Source: Candidatus Latescibacterota bacterium (GTDB lineage Bacteria > Krumholzibacteriota > Krumholzibacteriia > WVZY01 > JAKEHA01). From it: a DNA stretch of 64,000 bases. The notes under the pieces were generated by a model. The model searched no databases. It worked only from the letters and a program-made list of their open reading frames with translations, and had not been told where the DNA came from. The stretch's first letter is position 1. Each line of letters starts with the position of its first letter. Shown here one piece after another: positions 62,381-64,000 of the stretch. A program made the translations under genes and the position numbers. The stretch lies in NCBI GenBank assembly GCA_963707635.1, contig OY970173.1:1387663-1451662 (forward strand), read 5' to 3'.

Positions 62381-62952
62381 CCCATACCGACTCTCCACCC
62401 GCTGAGCGTAGTACCCGCCGCCCGTCGATATCGTACGTGAAGATGCCCGCTGGTTGCCGTGAGACGATCGTGGGGTAAAGTTGGTTCGCTGCTGTGCAAA
62501 CGGCAACACCGCCGGCAACCCAGACCGGATCCCCGGAAGCATTCAGCCGCTGCGCATACACATCCCGTACCGCCAGGTGATGATGGCTCCGCTCCCCCGT
62601 CCGAGACAAGCTCAGGGTCGAAGCCACCCTGCGTCGTGACGGCGACGCCGTTGGGCGTCCACAGGGGCACTCCGGACATGTTCACCCGCTGCGCATACAC
62701 GCTGCGAATGCCGCCGCGTCCGTCCTCCCAGGTGATGATGGCGCCGTGGGCGCCGTCCCGAATGATCTCGGGCGACAGGTCATACTGGGCGGTGGAAAGG
62801 GAGACACCACCGCCGGTGCACAATGGAACCCCGGACTCGTCCAAACGCTGCACGAAAATGCCATAGTTAAAGTCCCCCGCTCGGCTGTCCGTCCAGGTAA
62901 CGATGGATCCAAGGCCGTCCGACGTGACTTGCGGGGAAGCGGGGCCGGGCAC
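62311..62952 (-). pseudogene. Frameshifted remnant of a tandem-repeat (~48-aa units, YAQR…W motif) protein gene
   Basis: Three minus-strand ORFs in different frames each carry the same unit, where x is any residue: …ITWxDxRxGxxxVYAQR(V/L)NxSGxP(L/V)WxxxGVAVxT…. Frame A 62952-62600: GIFVQRLDESGVPLC…, IRSVYAQRVNMSGVPLW…. Frame B 62627-62400: RDVYAQRLNASGDPVWVAGGVAVCTA…. Frame C ~62430: GGYYAQRVESRYGSW…PTITSVADVPDDNGGNVTITW. At DNA level there is a ~145-nt periodic repeat (…cgctgcgcatacac…ccaggtgatgatggc…) at ~62546, ~62690 and ~62838. Confidence 0.4.
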
Positions 62953-62977
62953 GTGTCCCGGTAGCGGCGGCTAAGCA

Positions 62978-63925
62978 ATGAACTACTCGATAACCACATC
63001 TCTCGGGTCAGTGAAGTATTTAGCAATAGTGGCCATTCTTCCCTTATGCGCTGATCCTGTGTTGGGCGGTTCTGAGGTAATCAGGGATCCTTCTGCATGG
63101 GACTACGCGCCGCTTCAATACTATGACATCGTGGTACACGGCACAGTGCGTGAAGTCACGGCAGACGAGGTCTCCAGAAATGCCTTGTGGACGCAAGCCT
63201 CAAAGACCGATCGCATGACACCGGTGAGACGCGTTACGGTGGACGTTTTGGACGTTCCTCGTGGGCCGAGTGTTGCGGCGGCATGGACATTCATTGTGCC
63301 TTTTACCCACTCGCAGGGTTATGACACACCGTACGTTCCCGGACAGGAAGTCCTAATCGCCGCGATGTATCATCCGGGCCTGCAGGGTTACTACCTGAAG
63401 TCATACTACGGGAGGTACGTCAGGCGGGGTGACGACTGGGCGTGCGAAGAGACGCCTAGGGGAACAAGAACGTTCACGGACGCCGAGCTTCGCGAGAAGA
63501 TTCGCGTTGTTGAGCCCGCACGTGTTGTTTCCGACGCCGAACTGATCGTCGTGGGGACCGTGGATTCGTCGGCGGTCGAGGTGATCAAAGGGCCAGACTC
63601 AAGCTCGGCGGAAATACTCCGAGTGCAAATGCGCGTGGACGCGGTCAGGAAGGGACGCTATGAAGGCGGATCGATCGCTGTTGCCATGTACCAGGGCGGT
63701 CTATATCTGCCGGCGTGGGCGAAACACGCGCCGGATCGCTTCAGCCCGGGTGAGAAGTGGCTGTGCTTTCTTAAAAAGGGTGAGGTGGGCTGGTACCCCT
63801 TCGCCGGCTCAAATGGTTTGTTGCAGGTGATGCAAGAGGGGTTGATATACGACCGGCGAGTCCCATACTGGCACGATGCCTCGAAAATCGACGCACTCAT
63901 ATCCGAGGTTGGTGTTAAGAGATGA
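62978..63925 (+). CDS. Hypothetical protein (low-GC, ~47%; possible signal peptide)
   Basis: 315-aa ORF in the lowest-GC part of the window. N-terminal hydrophobic segment (VKYLAIVAILPLCADPVLGG). Composition is Tyr/Val/Asp/Gly-rich. No family recognised. A further ORF begins at ~63922 (MRLTLASIPRHLF…) and runs off the window. Confidence 0.45.
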   Translation: MNYSITTSLGSVKYLAIVAILPLCADPVLGGSEVIRDPSAWDYAPLQYYDIVVHGTVREVTADEVSRNALWTQASKTDRMTPVRRVTVDVLDVPRGPSVAAAWTFIVPFTHSQGYDTPYVPGQEVLIAAMYHPGLQGYYLKSYYGRYVRRGDDWACEETPRGTRTFTDAELREKIRVVEPARVVSDAELIVVGTVDSSAVEVIKGPDSSSAEILRVQMRVDAVRKGRYEGGSIAVAMYQGGLYLPAWAKHAPDRFSPGEKWLCFLKKGEVGWYPFAGSNGLLQVMQEGLIYDRRVPYWHDASKIDALISEVGVKR

Positions 63926-64000
63926 GACTCACGCTGGCGTCGATTCCGCGCCATCTTTTCTGTTTCTCGCCCCGGGGCGACGTGCTAAGGTATCCGGACC

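Noticed and set aside
62459-62866. 135-aa + strand ORF across the repeat region
   Set aside because: It is the reverse-strand reading of the YAQR tandem repeats. The minus-strand frames show conserved Trp/Tyr/Gly repeat positions, whereas this frame is Pro/Ser/Arg-rich without periodic conservation.
1-64000. CRISPR arrays, rRNA genes, transposase/integrase genes
   Set aside because: I looked for short regularly spaced direct repeats, rRNA-like conserved stretches and IS-like terminal inverted repeats while reading. None was seen. The only DNA-level tandem repeats are the coding ~145-nt units at ~62.5-62.9 kb and the GW-encoding microsatellite-like run at ~36.7-36.9 kb.

Overview
High-GC (~68-70%) bacterial chromosomal segment, gene-dense and mostly on the + strand. 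Most ORF-track entries are Arg/Gly/Pro-rich alternate-frame or antisense artefacts typical of high-GC DNA. Housekeeping content I can support from the translations: (1) the rod-shape cluster mreB-mreC-mreD-mrdA(PBP2)-rodA with ATGA/GTGA start-stop overlaps, followed by lgt and a ComF-like phosphoribosyltransferase; (2) a glycolytic operon gap-pgk-tpiA-secG-tRNA-Leu(GAG) with a near-consensus sigma70-like promoter and a terminator; (3) trxA; (4) an Opp/Dpp-like peptide ABC cluster (lipoprotein SBP plus two permeases, no ATPase in the window) and a separate truncated OppC-like permease at the window start translationally coupled to an NlpC/P60 cell-wall peptidase; (5) ZIP and CutA; (6) a patatin - SAM-hydroxide-adenosyltransferase(DUF62)-like - RtcB RNA ligase operon; (7) two small beta-barrel OMP genes, fbp, an M3 oligoendopeptidase, and an ECF sigma/anti-sigma/YbjQ trio; (8) a complete Tol-Pal cluster tolQ-tolR-tolA(TonB-like)-tolB-pal-cpoB, followed by two CNNM/CorC transporters; (9) a DUF1611 + dipeptide-epimerase pair, acpS, an MFS transporter, hsp20 with a palindrome-rich upstream region, a transglutaminase-like protein, PMM/PGM, two putative Zn-peptidases (HExxH and DUF885), a DMT transporter, pyk and an aldehyde dehydrogenase. 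Less ordinary items: a Cys-rich low-complexity secreted protein; a DUF4384-like protein with a Trp/Tyr/Gly repeat core; a frameshifted small membrane gene coupled to the DMT transporter; and a compositional break after ~60.4 kb into a lower-GC (~47-58%) region that carries orphan secreted proteins and a frameshifted tandem-repeat gene remnant on the minus strand. No CRISPR array, rRNA or obvious mobile-element genes were seen. Refined start coordinates are derived from residue offsets within the supplied ORF track, and may be +/-1-3 codons off.
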